Shown: one piece after another, positions 19,950-28,976 of the stretch
Layout of the letters: each line of letters starts with the position of its first letter
Position numbering within the stretch: the first letter of the stretch is position 1
Source: an uncultured Chloroflexia bacterium
Lineage (GTDB): Bacteria; Chloroflexota; Limnocylindria; Limnocylindrales; CSP1-4
Direction of reading: 5' to 3'
NCBI GenBank assembly: GCA_963834915.1
Contig: CAWIDI010000003.1
Coordinates: 359,759 to 423,758, forward strand
DNA: 64,000 nt
Notes under the pieces: model-generated
What the model was told of the DNA's origin: nothing
The model's input: the letters and a program-made list of their open reading frames with translations, nothing else
The model's database searches: none
Translations under genes and position numbers: made by a program

Positions 19950-21173
19950 ATGCGGATCGCCATGGCTCTCTACGCCGACGTCAGTCATGACAGCCGCGTC
20001 CTGCGCGAGGCTGCCACCCTGGCCGGCGCCGGTCACGAGGTGACGATCGTCTGCATCGCCGGGAAGGCACCCGACGGCGCGCCGTTCCGGGTCATCGCCG
20101 GCCATCCCGATCGCGGCGGCGTCCTCCCCGACGGATCCAGCCCGTTCCTCCGCGACGACGGTGCGGGGCGTGCCACCCGGCTCGTCCGCCGGCTCCGCTG
20201 GCTCCAGGGCTATGTCAGCTCGATCCGGGCGTGGGGTCGCTGGGCGGTGGCGGCGGCCGGCCCGGTCGACGCGTGGCACGCCCACGACCTGACGGGCCTG
20301 GCCGCGGTCGCGCCGCTCGTGAAGCGGCCCACGCACCTCGTCTACGACAGTCACGAGATCTTCCTCGAGACCGGCACCGCGGCGCGCCTGCCGAAGACCG
20401 GCCGGCGCCTTCTGCAACGGCTGGAGCGCCGGTGGGTCGGTCGCGCCGATGCCCTCGTCACCGTCAACGAGGCCTACGCCGAGGTCCTCGCTCGGCGCAC
20501 GAAACCGCGTCGGATCGTCATCGTCCGGAACTGCCCGCCGCGACGCGACGCGGCCACGGCCGACGACCGGATCCGGGTCGCGGCGGGCATCCCGCCCGAC
20601 GCACCGGTCGCCCTGTATCACGGCGCCTTCGCCCGCCACCGCGGGATCGAGCCGAGCGCCATGGCGATGCTGGAGCCGGGGATGGAGCGCCACCACCTGG
20701 CGATCCTGGGGTTCGGATCGATCCAGGCCGAGCTCGAGGCGCTCGCCGCGGAGCCGCGCTTCGGCGGCCGCGTCCACGTCATCTCCGCCGTGCCGCCGGA
20801 CGACGTCGTGGACTGGGTCGCGTCGGCCGATGTCGACGTGATCGCGCTGGAGCGCTCGACGCTCAACCATTGGCTGTGCACCCCGAACAAGCTCTGGGAG
20901 AGCCTGACCGCGGGGACGCCCGTCGTCGTCAGCGACTTCCCCGTCATGCGCCGGATCGTCATGGACGACCCCGCCGGGGCGCTCGGGACGGTGTGCGATC
21001 CGGTCGACACCGCGTCGATCGCCGCGGCCATCCGGTCGATCACCGAGGCCGACCCGGAAACACGCGACGCGTCGCGGGAACGCTGCCGCCAGGCGGCCAG
21101 GGAGCGCTGGAACTGGGAGACCGAATCCGCGCGGCTCGTGGACCTCTATCGGACGCTCGACTCCCCCGACTGA
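19950..21173 (+). CDS. GT4-family (GT-B) glycosyltransferase
   Basis: 407 aa. The N-terminal MRIAMALYADVSHDSRVLREAATLAGAGHEVTIV and the C-terminal PNKLWESLTAGTPVVVSD (E-x7-E-like region) are typical of group 1 glycosyltransferases. Confidence 0.75.
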   Translation: MRIAMALYADVSHDSRVLREAATLAGAGHEVTIVCIAGKAPDGAPFRVIAGHPDRGGVLPDGSSPFLRDDGAGRATRLVRRLRWLQGYVSSIRAWGRWAVAAAGPVDAWHAHDLTGLAAVAPLVKRPTHLVYDSHEIFLETGTAARLPKTGRRLLQRLERRWVGRADALVTVNEAYAEVLARRTKPRRIVIVRNCPPRRDAATADDRIRVAAGIPPDAPVALYHGAFARHRGIEPSAMAMLEPGMERHHLAILGFGSIQAELEALAAEPRFGGRVHVISAVPPDDVVDWVASADVDVIALERSTLNHWLCTPNKLWESLTAGTPVVVSDFPVMRRIVMDDPAGALGTVCDPVDTASIAAAIRSITEADPETRDASRERCRQAARERWNWETESARLVDLYRTLDSPD

Positions 21174-21470
21174 CCGCCCAGAACACCGGGTCCTTCCCTT
21201 GATAAGCGGAAGTTTGCCGGTCGTGCAGGAACCGTAGGTACCATGCCGATGTCGATGTCAGGCAGGACAACACTCCACCTGACCCCACCCTGTGAGACCT
21301 CCGCCCGGTGGTGCGTCCTGTCGACGTAGGTACATGGGGCGATAGCGCGACCGCACCGCCTTCGCCATCCTTCCGCCACACCCTCGAACCCGCACCCCTG
21401 TCGCGAGGCAGGTCCGCAAAGCCACGGGACTCACGAAGTCAGCCGGGTTGCCGAAAGGAATGGCCCACCC

Positions 21471-22796
21471 ATGTATTGGGATGGAGAGCACTGGGTAGAC
21501 GAAGCCCCCCGCCGCCCAGGCAGCAAGCCCCCCGCCGGCCGCACGAGCACAGCGCCGCGCTATGCCACGCTTCGGTCCCTCGGACTCATCGGAACGACTC
21601 TCGTCATGTTCTTCGGATTCATCATGCCCTGGTCGCCCCTCGCGGCCGCCAGTGCCGGACGGATCTTCGGGATCGACACGAGCGCCAACGATGGCGGCAA
21701 GGCCTACGCCTTCGCCAGCCCTGGCGCATTCGCGGTCCTCGACGCCACCGCGCAGCGGGTCGCGCGGGCGGCGTCCACACCGAAGCCGAACCGCGGCTCG
21801 TGGTACCGGGGCCCGCGTCCGACGCGCCAGCCGGCCGTGACCCCGCGACCCGCGGGGACGCCGACCACCGGCGGAAACACTGCCGCGGTCACGCCGGTCC
21901 CCACGGCCGAGCCGACCGCCCAGCCTGACCCGACGCCCAAGCCGACGGCCAAGCCGACCGCGACGCCGGCGCCGACGCCCAAGCCGACGCCCAAGCCGAC
22001 CGCGGCTCCGGTCGACGGCGCGTTCTACCTGGCGACCAATGGCTCCGACTCGAACAACGGGTCGAAGACCTCGCCATGGAAGTCGCTGTACACGTCGATC
22101 AAGAAGCTCGGCGCCGGCGACACCCTGTACGTCCGCGAAGGCACCTACTCGTTCGGCGGCGAGAACATCATCGCCGCGCACGGCACCTCGTCCAACCCGA
22201 TCACCATCCGTGCCTATCCCGGTGAGACCCCGACCTTCAAGGGCAACACCACGCAGTCGATCTTCATGTGGTTCCGCAACGCCGGCTACATCAACGTCTC
22301 CGGGTTGACCATCTACGGCGACCCGAGCGCGGCCAGCAGCGTCAGCCACGGTGGTGCCGTCTTCCAGTACACCGGTGACACGTACGGCATCAACGTCACC
22401 AACAACGACATTTACGGCTCCAGCGCCTGGGCCGCCACGATGCACATCTTCTACGTCGGTGCGGGCACCGTCCGCAATCTGACGATCTCCGGCAACCTCA
22501 TGGATGGCAAGGGATCCGATGGAGCGGGCTACCACGCCTACCACGATCCCAGCGGCACCCACATCCTGGTCGCCAACAACGTCATCCGGAACTTCGACCA
22601 GTGCGTGATGATCTGGGCGGACACGTCGTCCCTGGTCATCCGGGACAACAAGCTCGACCACTGCCGGATCGGCATCCGCTACCACAACTCGAACGGGACA
22701 CTCCTCGATGGCAACACGGCCAGCTCGATGAGCGAATCCGCGATCGTTCGAGACTCGACCGCACACCTGTCCGAGACGGGCAACTCCTGGAACTGA
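21471..22796 (+). CDS. Membrane-anchored right-handed parallel beta-helix protein (pectate-lyase fold), paralogue 1
   Basis: 441 aa with a TM anchor (LGLIGTTLVMFFGFIM) and an approximately 70-aa Pro/Thr/Lys/Ala linker (PKPTAKPTATPAPTPKPTPKPTAAP). The beta-helix start is SPWKSLYTSIKKLGAGDTLYVREGTY, followed by repeated NxxIxxN-type rungs (VTNNDIYG, ISGNLMDG, VANNVIRN, IRDNKLDH). Confidence 0.75.
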   Translation: MYWDGEHWVDEAPRRPGSKPPAGRTSTAPRYATLRSLGLIGTTLVMFFGFIMPWSPLAAASAGRIFGIDTSANDGGKAYAFASPGAFAVLDATAQRVARAASTPKPNRGSWYRGPRPTRQPAVTPRPAGTPTTGGNTAAVTPVPTAEPTAQPDPTPKPTAKPTATPAPTPKPTPKPTAAPVDGAFYLATNGSDSNNGSKTSPWKSLYTSIKKLGAGDTLYVREGTYSFGGENIIAAHGTSSNPITIRAYPGETPTFKGNTTQSIFMWFRNAGYINVSGLTIYGDPSAASSVSHGGAVFQYTGDTYGINVTNNDIYGSSAWAATMHIFYVGAGTVRNLTISGNLMDGKGSDGAGYHAYHDPSGTHILVANNVIRNFDQCVMIWADTSSLVIRDNKLDHCRIGIRYHNSNGTLLDGNTASSMSESAIVRDSTAHLSETGNSWN

Positions 22797-22827
22797 CCAG
22801 GAGGGACGACCCTCGGCACTGACGACA

Positions 22828-22857
22828 CATCGGACGGGCCGCGCGGCCCGTCCGATG
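22828..22857 (+). terminator. Strong GC hairpin after beta-helix gene 1
   Basis: CATCGGACGGGCC-gcgc-GGCCCGTCCGATG is a 13-bp perfect stem, 32 nt after the stop at 22796. There is no T-tract, so it may act as a terminator or as an mRNA-stabilising hairpin. Confidence 0.45.
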
Positions 22858-22922
22858 GATTCACGGACGGACTCGGGGGCGCCCGCTAGACTGTCGGCGC
22901 CTCCCTCCCCTCAGACAGGAAC

Positions 22923-24065
22923 ATGCGCCGACCTCGTCGTTCGCTCGACGCCCTCCTCGTGATCACCGCCCTCGTCCTCGTCTCCGGGGTCGGCCTTGCC
23001 GCGCCCCGGATCACCGGGAGCCCGACCAATTCGGCCGCCCCGTCCGCTTCGGCCGCGGCAGCCTCATCGACGCCCGCGGTGGCCCCGACGCCATCGACGA
23101 CGCCGCTCGTCGGGAAGACCTACTACCTCGGCCCCGATGGCGACGACAGGGCCGCCGGCACGGCTGCCAAGCCGTGGGAGACGCTGACCCATGCCGCGGC
23201 AAAGCTCAAGCCGGGCGACATCCTCGAGATCCTGGCCGGCACCTACAAGCGGCAGAGCGTCGACTGGCGGACCAGCGGCAGTGCCAGCGGGCCGATCACG
23301 ATCCGTGCGGCAGCGGGCGCGCGACCCGTCTTCGACGGCGACGGCGTTGGCCATTTCGCGGTGATCCGCGGCGGGGCCGGCTATCTCGTGTTCGACGGCC
23401 TGACGATCACCGGGTACGACATCGTGGACGACGGCATCATCGTCGCGATGGAGGGCGCCCACGACCTCACCCTGCAGAACCTGCGGATGACCGGCAATGA
23501 CGGCCAGGACCAGCGGTCCCACCTCATCTATCTCGGCGCCCCGGACGTCCACGACGTGGTCATCCGCGCGAACCTGCTCGACGGCATCAAGGGTGGGGCG
23601 ATCCACATGTACCACGGCCCGAACGCCCAGCACGTCCAGATCACCGACAACGTCCTGCGCGGCAGCCACTGGGGCGTGATCGTGACCTCGGGCGCGAACG
23701 ATGTCGTCATCGACCACAACACCTTCATCGACAACGACGTCGGCGTGGAGATGTGGGACGCCACCGGCGTCTCGATCTCGAACAACCTCATCACCTCCGA
23801 CCACGGGACCGGCATCCGCCTGGCGGCCCTGGCACCGTTGTCCGAGGACTACGACCTCCTCCAGGTCCACGGCGTCCCGTTCGTGATCGACACGGACGAG
23901 CTCGACCTGGCCGGCTGGCAGGCGGCGACCGGGCAGGCGGTGCATTCCACCGTCGCGACCCCCGGGGTCCCGCTCATCGGCGACGACCTCCGTCCGCTGC
24001 CGGGCAGCGGGGCGATCGGCGCGGCTTCGGACGGCACGGACCTCGGCACCCGGGTCTTCCCATGA
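22923..24065 (+). CDS. Secreted or anchored right-handed beta-helix protein, paralogue 2
   Basis: 380 aa with an N-terminal signal/anchor (LLVITALVLVSGVGLAAP) and an Ala/Ser/Pro/Thr linker. KPWETLTHAAAKLKPGDILEILAGTY aligns with paralogue 1. Rungs include IRANLLDG, ITDNVLRG, IDHNTFID, ISNNLITS. Confidence 0.75.
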   Translation: MRRPRRSLDALLVITALVLVSGVGLAAPRITGSPTNSAAPSASAAAASSTPAVAPTPSTTPLVGKTYYLGPDGDDRAAGTAAKPWETLTHAAAKLKPGDILEILAGTYKRQSVDWRTSGSASGPITIRAAAGARPVFDGDGVGHFAVIRGGAGYLVFDGLTITGYDIVDDGIIVAMEGAHDLTLQNLRMTGNDGQDQRSHLIYLGAPDVHDVVIRANLLDGIKGGAIHMYHGPNAQHVQITDNVLRGSHWGVIVTSGANDVVIDHNTFIDNDVGVEMWDATGVSISNNLITSDHGTGIRLAALAPLSEDYDLLQVHGVPFVIDTDELDLAGWQAATGQAVHSTVATPGVPLIGDDLRPLPGSGAIGAASDGTDLGTRVFP

Positions 24066-25345
24066 CCGGCACGCGGCGGCTCGCCGCCCTGACCCGGCAG
24101 AGCGGCGCCTGGTCACCGTCGGTCGCGCGATACCTGATCGCGACGGAGCGGCGGCGGCGGGCCGGCAGCGCCCGTCCGTCCACCGGCGAGGCGGCATCGA
24201 CGGCACATCTCGAAGGGGCCGCGGCGTGGCTGCGCCGGGCACAGGACGCCACCGTCGATGGCGGGGTCAGCTGGGGCTACCGGCTCCACGGCGGCTGGGC
24301 CGCCTCGTATCCGGAGACGACGGGCTACATCGTCCCGACCTACCTGGCCCTCGCCGATGCCGGCGTGGGCGGCGGCACGACGGGGAGTGGCGGGACCACG
24401 GGGAGTGGCCCCGCCGCGGGCGGGCCCACGGACCTCGACCGCGCCCGCCGGGCGATCTCGTTCCTCCTGGGCATCCAGCTGCCGAGCGGCGCGTTCCCCG
24501 GGGCACGGATCGACGAGAACCGGACCGCGCCATCGGTCTTCAACACCGGCCAGATCCTCAACGGGCTCGTGGCGTGGCACCGGCGCACGAACGACGCCCC
24601 CACCGCCGAGGCCGCGGCCCGCGCCGCCGCGTGGCTGGTCTCGAGCCAGGAGGCCGACGGTGCGTGGTCGCAGGATGTCTACAACCGGCTCGAGGTCTCG
24701 TACCTCGCCCACGCGACCTGTTGGCTCGCCGAATACGGCGAGCACGCCGGGGATCTCGCTGCGACCGCGGCCGCGGGACGGCACCTCGATCGGCTCCTGC
24801 AACGCTACGACTCCGCGACGGACTGGTTCGACGGCGCCGGGTTCAGTGCCGAGGACCACGCGGCGCGTCGTTCCGTCACGCACACGCTGGCCTACACGAT
24901 CTGGGGCGTTCTCGACCTCGGGCTCCGCCTGGAGCGCCCGGAGGCGGTCGCTGCGGCGACCCGCTCCGCCGCTCGCGTCGCGCAGGTGGTCCACCGCGAC
25001 GGGCGGCTCGCGGGCATGGTCGACGCGACCTGGACCGGGCTCAGTGACTGGGACTGCCTGACCGGGAGCTCGCAGATGGCGTTGATCTGGTTCCGCCTCG
25101 CCCGGCTCGGCGATGCCGCGGGCGACCTGGATGCGGCGCGACTGGTCCTCGACCGCGTCCGCGAGGCCCAGGAACTCGCCAGCCGCGACCCGGGGATCCG
25201 CGGCGGGATCGCGGGCTCGGATCCGGTGTGGGGCGAGTACCTGCGCTTCGTGCTCCCCAACTGGGCGACCAAGTTCACGATCGATGCGTTCCTCGAGGAG
25301 GCACGGATGACCACAGCCTCGCGCGGGGTCGACGCCGCCGGCTGA
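24062..25345 (+). CDS. Prenyltransferase/squalene-cyclase-repeat-like alpha/alpha-toroid protein, unknown function
   Basis: This is the last 427 aa of the 530-aa track ORF. ATG 24062 overlaps the previous stop (ATGA). Motifs include AAAWLRRAQDATVDGGVSWGYRL...SYPETTGYIVPTYL, LLGIQLPSGAFPG and LVSSQEADGAWSQ (QW-like repeats). There is no signal peptide. Confidence 0.4.
   Translation: MTGTRRLAALTRQSGAWSPSVARYLIATERRRRAGSARPSTGEAASTAHLEGAAAWLRRAQDATVDGGVSWGYRLHGGWAASYPETTGYIVPTYLALADAGVGGGTTGSGGTTGSGPAAGGPTDLDRARRAISFLLGIQLPSGAFPGARIDENRTAPSVFNTGQILNGLVAWHRRTNDAPTAEAAARAAAWLVSSQEADGAWSQDVYNRLEVSYLAHATCWLAEYGEHAGDLAATAAAGRHLDRLLQRYDSATDWFDGAGFSAEDHAARRSVTHTLAYTIWGVLDLGLRLERPEAVAAATRSAARVAQVVHRDGRLAGMVDATWTGLSDWDCLTGSSQMALIWFRLARLGDAAGDLDAARLVLDRVREAQELASRDPGIRGGIAGSDPVWGEYLRFVLPNWATKFTIDAFLEEARMTTASRGVDAAG
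24374..24409 (+). repeat. Imperfect 18-nt in-frame tandem duplication (GTTGSG x2)
   Basis: ggcacgacggggagtggc followed by gggaccacggggagtggc, 16/18 identical. It encodes GTTGSGGTTGSG inside the toroid gene. Confidence 0.7.
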
Positions 25346-25382
25346 ACCCGGCCCTCGGCTGAGCTCGGGGGAGCCTCAGCTG

Positions 25383-26786
25383 TCAATCCGCCGCGGCCTC
25401 GATGCGCTCACGCCGCTCGGTCCACCACCGGTCGATCGAGCCCAGGTCCGTGACCCAGACGTCGGTCCGGGCCGCCAGCAGGTCGAGGACGGCCTGGTAC
25501 GCCTCGGCCCACGGCGCGTAGGCACTCTGCGTGGGCACGCAGGCCTGCAGGTGCCAGTCGAAGACGGCCATCCCGCGAACGGCGGCGACCTCGTCCAGCC
25601 CGGCCGCGATGGCCGACACGGCCCGCTCGACATCGTCCGAGTGGTAGAAGAGATTGCCGTCCATCGCGAACACGGGCAGCTCCCGCAGGCCGAGCGGCGC
25701 CCCCGACCGCTCGTCGAACGGTTGGAATGGCAGGCTCGTCGAGCGGCGGAAACCGATGTGGTCGTTGAACGCGATCGAGCTGTCGTAGCGGAAGCCTGCG
25801 GCGGCGTGAGCGCGCAGGGTCGCCGCCGGATCCGGGCCGAGGTGCCAATAGTGGTGGCGGTTCCCGTCGACCGGCGCACCCGACGCCTCGACCAGGATCG
25901 CCCGCTCGTCCGCGATCCGTCCCGGCGCCTCGAAGGCGGCGTAGCCAGTGTGCAGGCCGACCTCATGCCCGGCCTCGGCGAGCTGGGCGAACACGCGTCG
26001 GAACCGCCGGTCCGCGACGTCGTAGGCGACGTCGTATGTCGTTCCCCAGCGGGCGTGGAACGGTGTCGTGGCGAAGAACCAGGTCGCCGCGAAGCCGCGC
26101 CGGCTCTCGCTCTCGATGAGACGGTCGAAGACCCAGAACTCGCCTGGGTGGCGGTCGCGGATCAGCCCGCCCAGGTCATCGCGAGCGCGGATCGCGAGGG
26201 TGCGCGGCGCACGCCTGATGCGCTGCGGGCCGCGCGCGAGCGCCCGCAGCGTCGGGTAGCGGTCCGGATGGTCGACATCGTGCGAGAGCCCGACCGCGAA
26301 CCGCGCACCATCCGGCCACCGACCGGCACCCGCGATGCCGAGGCGCCGCTCCAGCCACCAGCCAACGCGCTCGACGAGCCGGTCAACGAGCGGCCCGCCG
26401 GTGTCCGCGCCGGCCGCCGTGCTGGCCGCGAAGCGGACGCGCCCATGCTCGTCGCGGCTGTCCTGCCCGAGCCCCGCGTCGGCCTCGTCGCGCAGCAGCG
26501 ATCCGATCACGCTGATCACGTCGAACGGCATGACCGCGTCCGGCTCGCCGTCCACCTCGAGACGCCGGACGAGGTCCGCGGATGGCGACCGGGCGTCGTC
26601 GGGGCGCCACGGGACGACGATCCGGCGAGGCCCGGGTTCGACCGGCCCGTGGGCGAGGAGCGGCCGGTCGCCGGCTTCTGGGGGGTCGCCGACCGGTCGT
26701 TCGGCGATGCCGAGGGCATCGAGCAGGAAGGCGATCGCCGCCCGATCGGCGCTGCCGCCGGCCGTCCATGTCGCGAGCCTGGTCAC
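25383..26786 (-). CDS. Polysaccharide-deacetylase-like protein with N-terminal extra domain
   Basis: I take the start as GTG 26786 (VTRLATWTAGG...), with GAGAGGGGA upstream. FAVGLSHDVDHPDRYP and AEAGHEVGLHTGY resemble the same divergent deacetylase motifs seen in 18067-18900. Confidence 0.5.
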   Translation of the reverse strand: MTRLATWTAGGSADRAAIAFLLDALGIAERPVGDPPEAGDRPLLAHGPVEPGPRRIVVPWRPDDARSPSADLVRRLEVDGEPDAVMPFDVISVIGSLLRDEADAGLGQDSRDEHGRVRFAASTAAGADTGGPLVDRLVERVGWWLERRLGIAGAGRWPDGARFAVGLSHDVDHPDRYPTLRALARGPQRIRRAPRTLAIRARDDLGGLIRDRHPGEFWVFDRLIESESRRGFAATWFFATTPFHARWGTTYDVAYDVADRRFRRVFAQLAEAGHEVGLHTGYAAFEAPGRIADERAILVEASGAPVDGNRHHYWHLGPDPAATLRAHAAAGFRYDSSIAFNDHIGFRRSTSLPFQPFDERSGAPLGLRELPVFAMDGNLFYHSDDVERAVSAIAAGLDEVAAVRGMAVFDWHLQACVPTQSAYAPWAEAYQAVLDLLAARTDVWVTDLGSIDRWWTERRERIEAAAD

Positions 26787-26879
26787 CGGTCCCCTCTCGA
26801 GCGTGCCTTCATCGGTTCGTAGTATCGCCGCGCCCGATCTCGCCGCGCCGGCCGAGCGCACCCGCTTGACGCGGTGCTG

Positions 26880-26898
26880 GATACTAGGGGGGAGTATC
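26880..26898. promoter_or_regulatory. Candidate metalloregulator operator upstream of the P-type ATPase
   Basis: GATACT-agggggg-AGTATC is a perfect 6-bp inverted repeat around a G6 tract, ending 10 nt before the GTG start at 26909. A third AGTATCG copy lies at 26821-26827, and TTGACG lies at 26866-26871. Confidence 0.35.
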
Positions 26899-26908
26899 GA
26901 GGACGACC

Positions 26909-28954
26909 GTGGACCACGCCACCCACCATGCAGAACCCGCACCGCCGAGCGGCGCCCATTCGCCCGGTCATGGGTCGGCCCACGACCAGCACGCCGGCCA
27001 CTCGGTGGCGATGTTCCGTGACCGGTTCTGGGTCAGCCTCGTCCTGACCATCCCGGTCCTCATCTGGAGCCCCGACCTGCAGATGTGGCTCGGATATGCC
27101 GCGCCCGCGTTCCCGGGCTCCGCCGCCATCCCGGCCGTCCTCGGGACGATCGTCTTCGTGTACGGCGGTGTCGTGTTCATCCGCGGCGGGGCGGCGGAGC
27201 TGCACGACCGGCGGCCCGGGATGATGACCCTCATCACGCTGGCGATCACGGTCGCCTTCGCCACCAGCGTCGCCGGGCAGCTCGGCCTGCTCGAGAGCGA
27301 GATCTGGTGGGAGCTCGCGACCCTGATCACGATCATGCTGCTCGGCCACTGGCTCGAGATGCGATCGATCGCCCAGGCGCGCGGCGCCCTCTCGGCGCTG
27401 GCCGAGCTGCTGCCGGACACCGCCGAGCGGGTCACCGATGGCGGGGTCGCGCCGGTCCCGACATCGGCACTCGCGCGCGGCGACATCGTGCTCGTCCGAC
27501 CCGGTGCTCGCGTCCCGGCGGACGGCATCGTCACCGAGGGCGCTGCGGACGTCGACGAGTCCCTGGTCACCGGCGAGTCGCGGCCCGTCGCGAAGCTCCC
27601 CGGTTCAACGGTCATCGCCGGGACGGTCGCCGCGGGCGGCAGCCTGCACGTCCGGGTCGCTGCGGTCGGCGACGACACGGCGCTCTCCGGGATCATGCGA
27701 TTGGTCGCGGCGGCGCAGGCCTCCGGATCGCGGGCACAGGCGCTCGCGGACCGTGCGGCGGCCATCCTCTTCTACGTCGCGCTCGCCGCAGGGGCCACGA
27801 CCCTGGTGGTCTGGACGCTCCTCGGGGACCCGGAGCGCGCCCTCGTCCGGACGGCGACCGTGCTCGTGATCGCCTGCCCGCATGCCCTCGGCCTGGCGAT
27901 CCCACTGGTCATCGCGATCAGCACCTCCCTGGGCGCGCGGAACGGCCTGCTGGTCAAGGACCGGATCGCCCTCGAGCGCACCCGCGAGGTCGACACCGTC
28001 ATCTTCGACAAGACCGGCACGCTCACGAAGGGCCGCCCGGCCGTCGACGGCCATCTCGGCGGTCGACGGCGACGATGCCGGCCTGCTCATCGCCGCGGCG
28101 TCGGTGGAGCGCATTCGGAGCACCCGCTGGGGCGGGCGATCGTGGCCGAGGCGACGCGACGGGGCCTGACGCCCGCCGAACCGAGGACGTTCGAGGCGCT
28201 GGCCGGGCGGGGCGCGCTGGCCACGGTCGACGGGCGCCGGGTGGCGGTCGGGGGTCCGCGGATGCTCGAGGACCTCGGACTGAGCGCGATCCCGCAGTCG
28301 GACGCCTGGGCGGCGGATGGCCGGACGGTCCTCCATGTCGTGGTCGATGGCCGTGTGGCCGGCGCGCTCGCGATCGAGGACGAGATCCGGGCGGAGTCGG
28401 CCGAGGCCGTGCGCGACCTGCACGCACTCGGGATCCGCATCGCGATGATCACCGGCGACAGCCAGGCCGTCGCGGATTCCGTGGCGCGCCGGACCGGGAT
28501 CGACGAGGTCGCCGCGCAGGTGCTCCCCGGCGAGAAGGCCGCTGCGGTCAGGCGCTTCCAGTCCGGCCAGCGGACCGTGGCGATGGTCGGCGACGGCGTC
28601 AACGATGCCCCGGCGCTGGCCACGGCCGACATCGGGATCGCGATCGGCGCCGGGACGGACGTCGCCATCGCATCGGCCGGCATCGTCTTGGTGCGCAGCG
28701 ACCCGCGGGACGTCGTGGGGGCCGTCCGGCTCTCGCGCGCGACCTACTCCAAGATGCGCCAGAACCTCGCCTGGGCCACCGGCTACAACCTCGTCGCCAT
28801 CCCCGTCGCAGCCGGGATCCTGGCTCCCTGGGGGATCGACCTGTCGATGGCGGTCGGGGCCATCCTGATGAGCCTCTCGACGATCATCGTAGCCGTCAAC
28901 GCCCAGCTGCTGCGGCGAACGACACTCCGACCGGCCGCGTCAGCGAGCGGCTGA
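26909..28954 (+). CDS. copB: CopB-type (P1B-3) heavy-metal P-type ATPase with His-rich N-terminus; contains a locally compensated frameshift pair
   Basis: 681 aa. There are 8 His in the first 31 aa. Motifs are TGES, the transmembrane CPH (VIACPHALGLA), DKTGTLT, MITGD and VGDGVNDAPAL. Residues GHLGGRRRRCRPAHRRGVGGA (about 28050-28112) are out of frame. The alternative frame reads AISAVDGDDAGLLIAAASVER and leads into the conserved HSEHPLGRAIV. Confidence 0.85.
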   Translation: MDHATHHAEPAPPSGAHSPGHGSAHDQHAGHSVAMFRDRFWVSLVLTIPVLIWSPDLQMWLGYAAPAFPGSAAIPAVLGTIVFVYGGVVFIRGGAAELHDRRPGMMTLITLAITVAFATSVAGQLGLLESEIWWELATLITIMLLGHWLEMRSIAQARGALSALAELLPDTAERVTDGGVAPVPTSALARGDIVLVRPGARVPADGIVTEGAADVDESLVTGESRPVAKLPGSTVIAGTVAAGGSLHVRVAAVGDDTALSGIMRLVAAAQASGSRAQALADRAAAILFYVALAAGATTLVVWTLLGDPERALVRTATVLVIACPHALGLAIPLVIAISTSLGARNGLLVKDRIALERTREVDTVIFDKTGTLTKGRPAVDGHLGGRRRRCRPAHRRGVGGAHSEHPLGRAIVAEATRRGLTPAEPRTFEALAGRGALATVDGRRVAVGGPRMLEDLGLSAIPQSDAWAADGRTVLHVVVDGRVAGALAIEDEIRAESAEAVRDLHALGIRIAMITGDSQAVADSVARRTGIDEVAAQVLPGEKAAAVRRFQSGQRTVAMVGDGVNDAPALATADIGIAIGAGTDVAIASAGIVLVRSDPRDVVGAVRLSRATYSKMRQNLAWATGYNLVAIPVAAGILAPWGIDLSMAVGAILMSLSTIIVAVNAQLLRRTTLRPAASASG

Positions 28955-28976
28955 TCCCGCCCCGCCGGCTACCGAC

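Noticed and set aside
21880-22010. Short-period repeats (PKPT-type DNA) and similar repeats at 36500-37000, checked as a possible CRISPR or satellite array.
   Set aside because: They are in-frame low-complexity linker-coding sequence inside well-supported ORFs. There is no repeat-spacer architecture. No CRISPR array was seen anywhere in the window.
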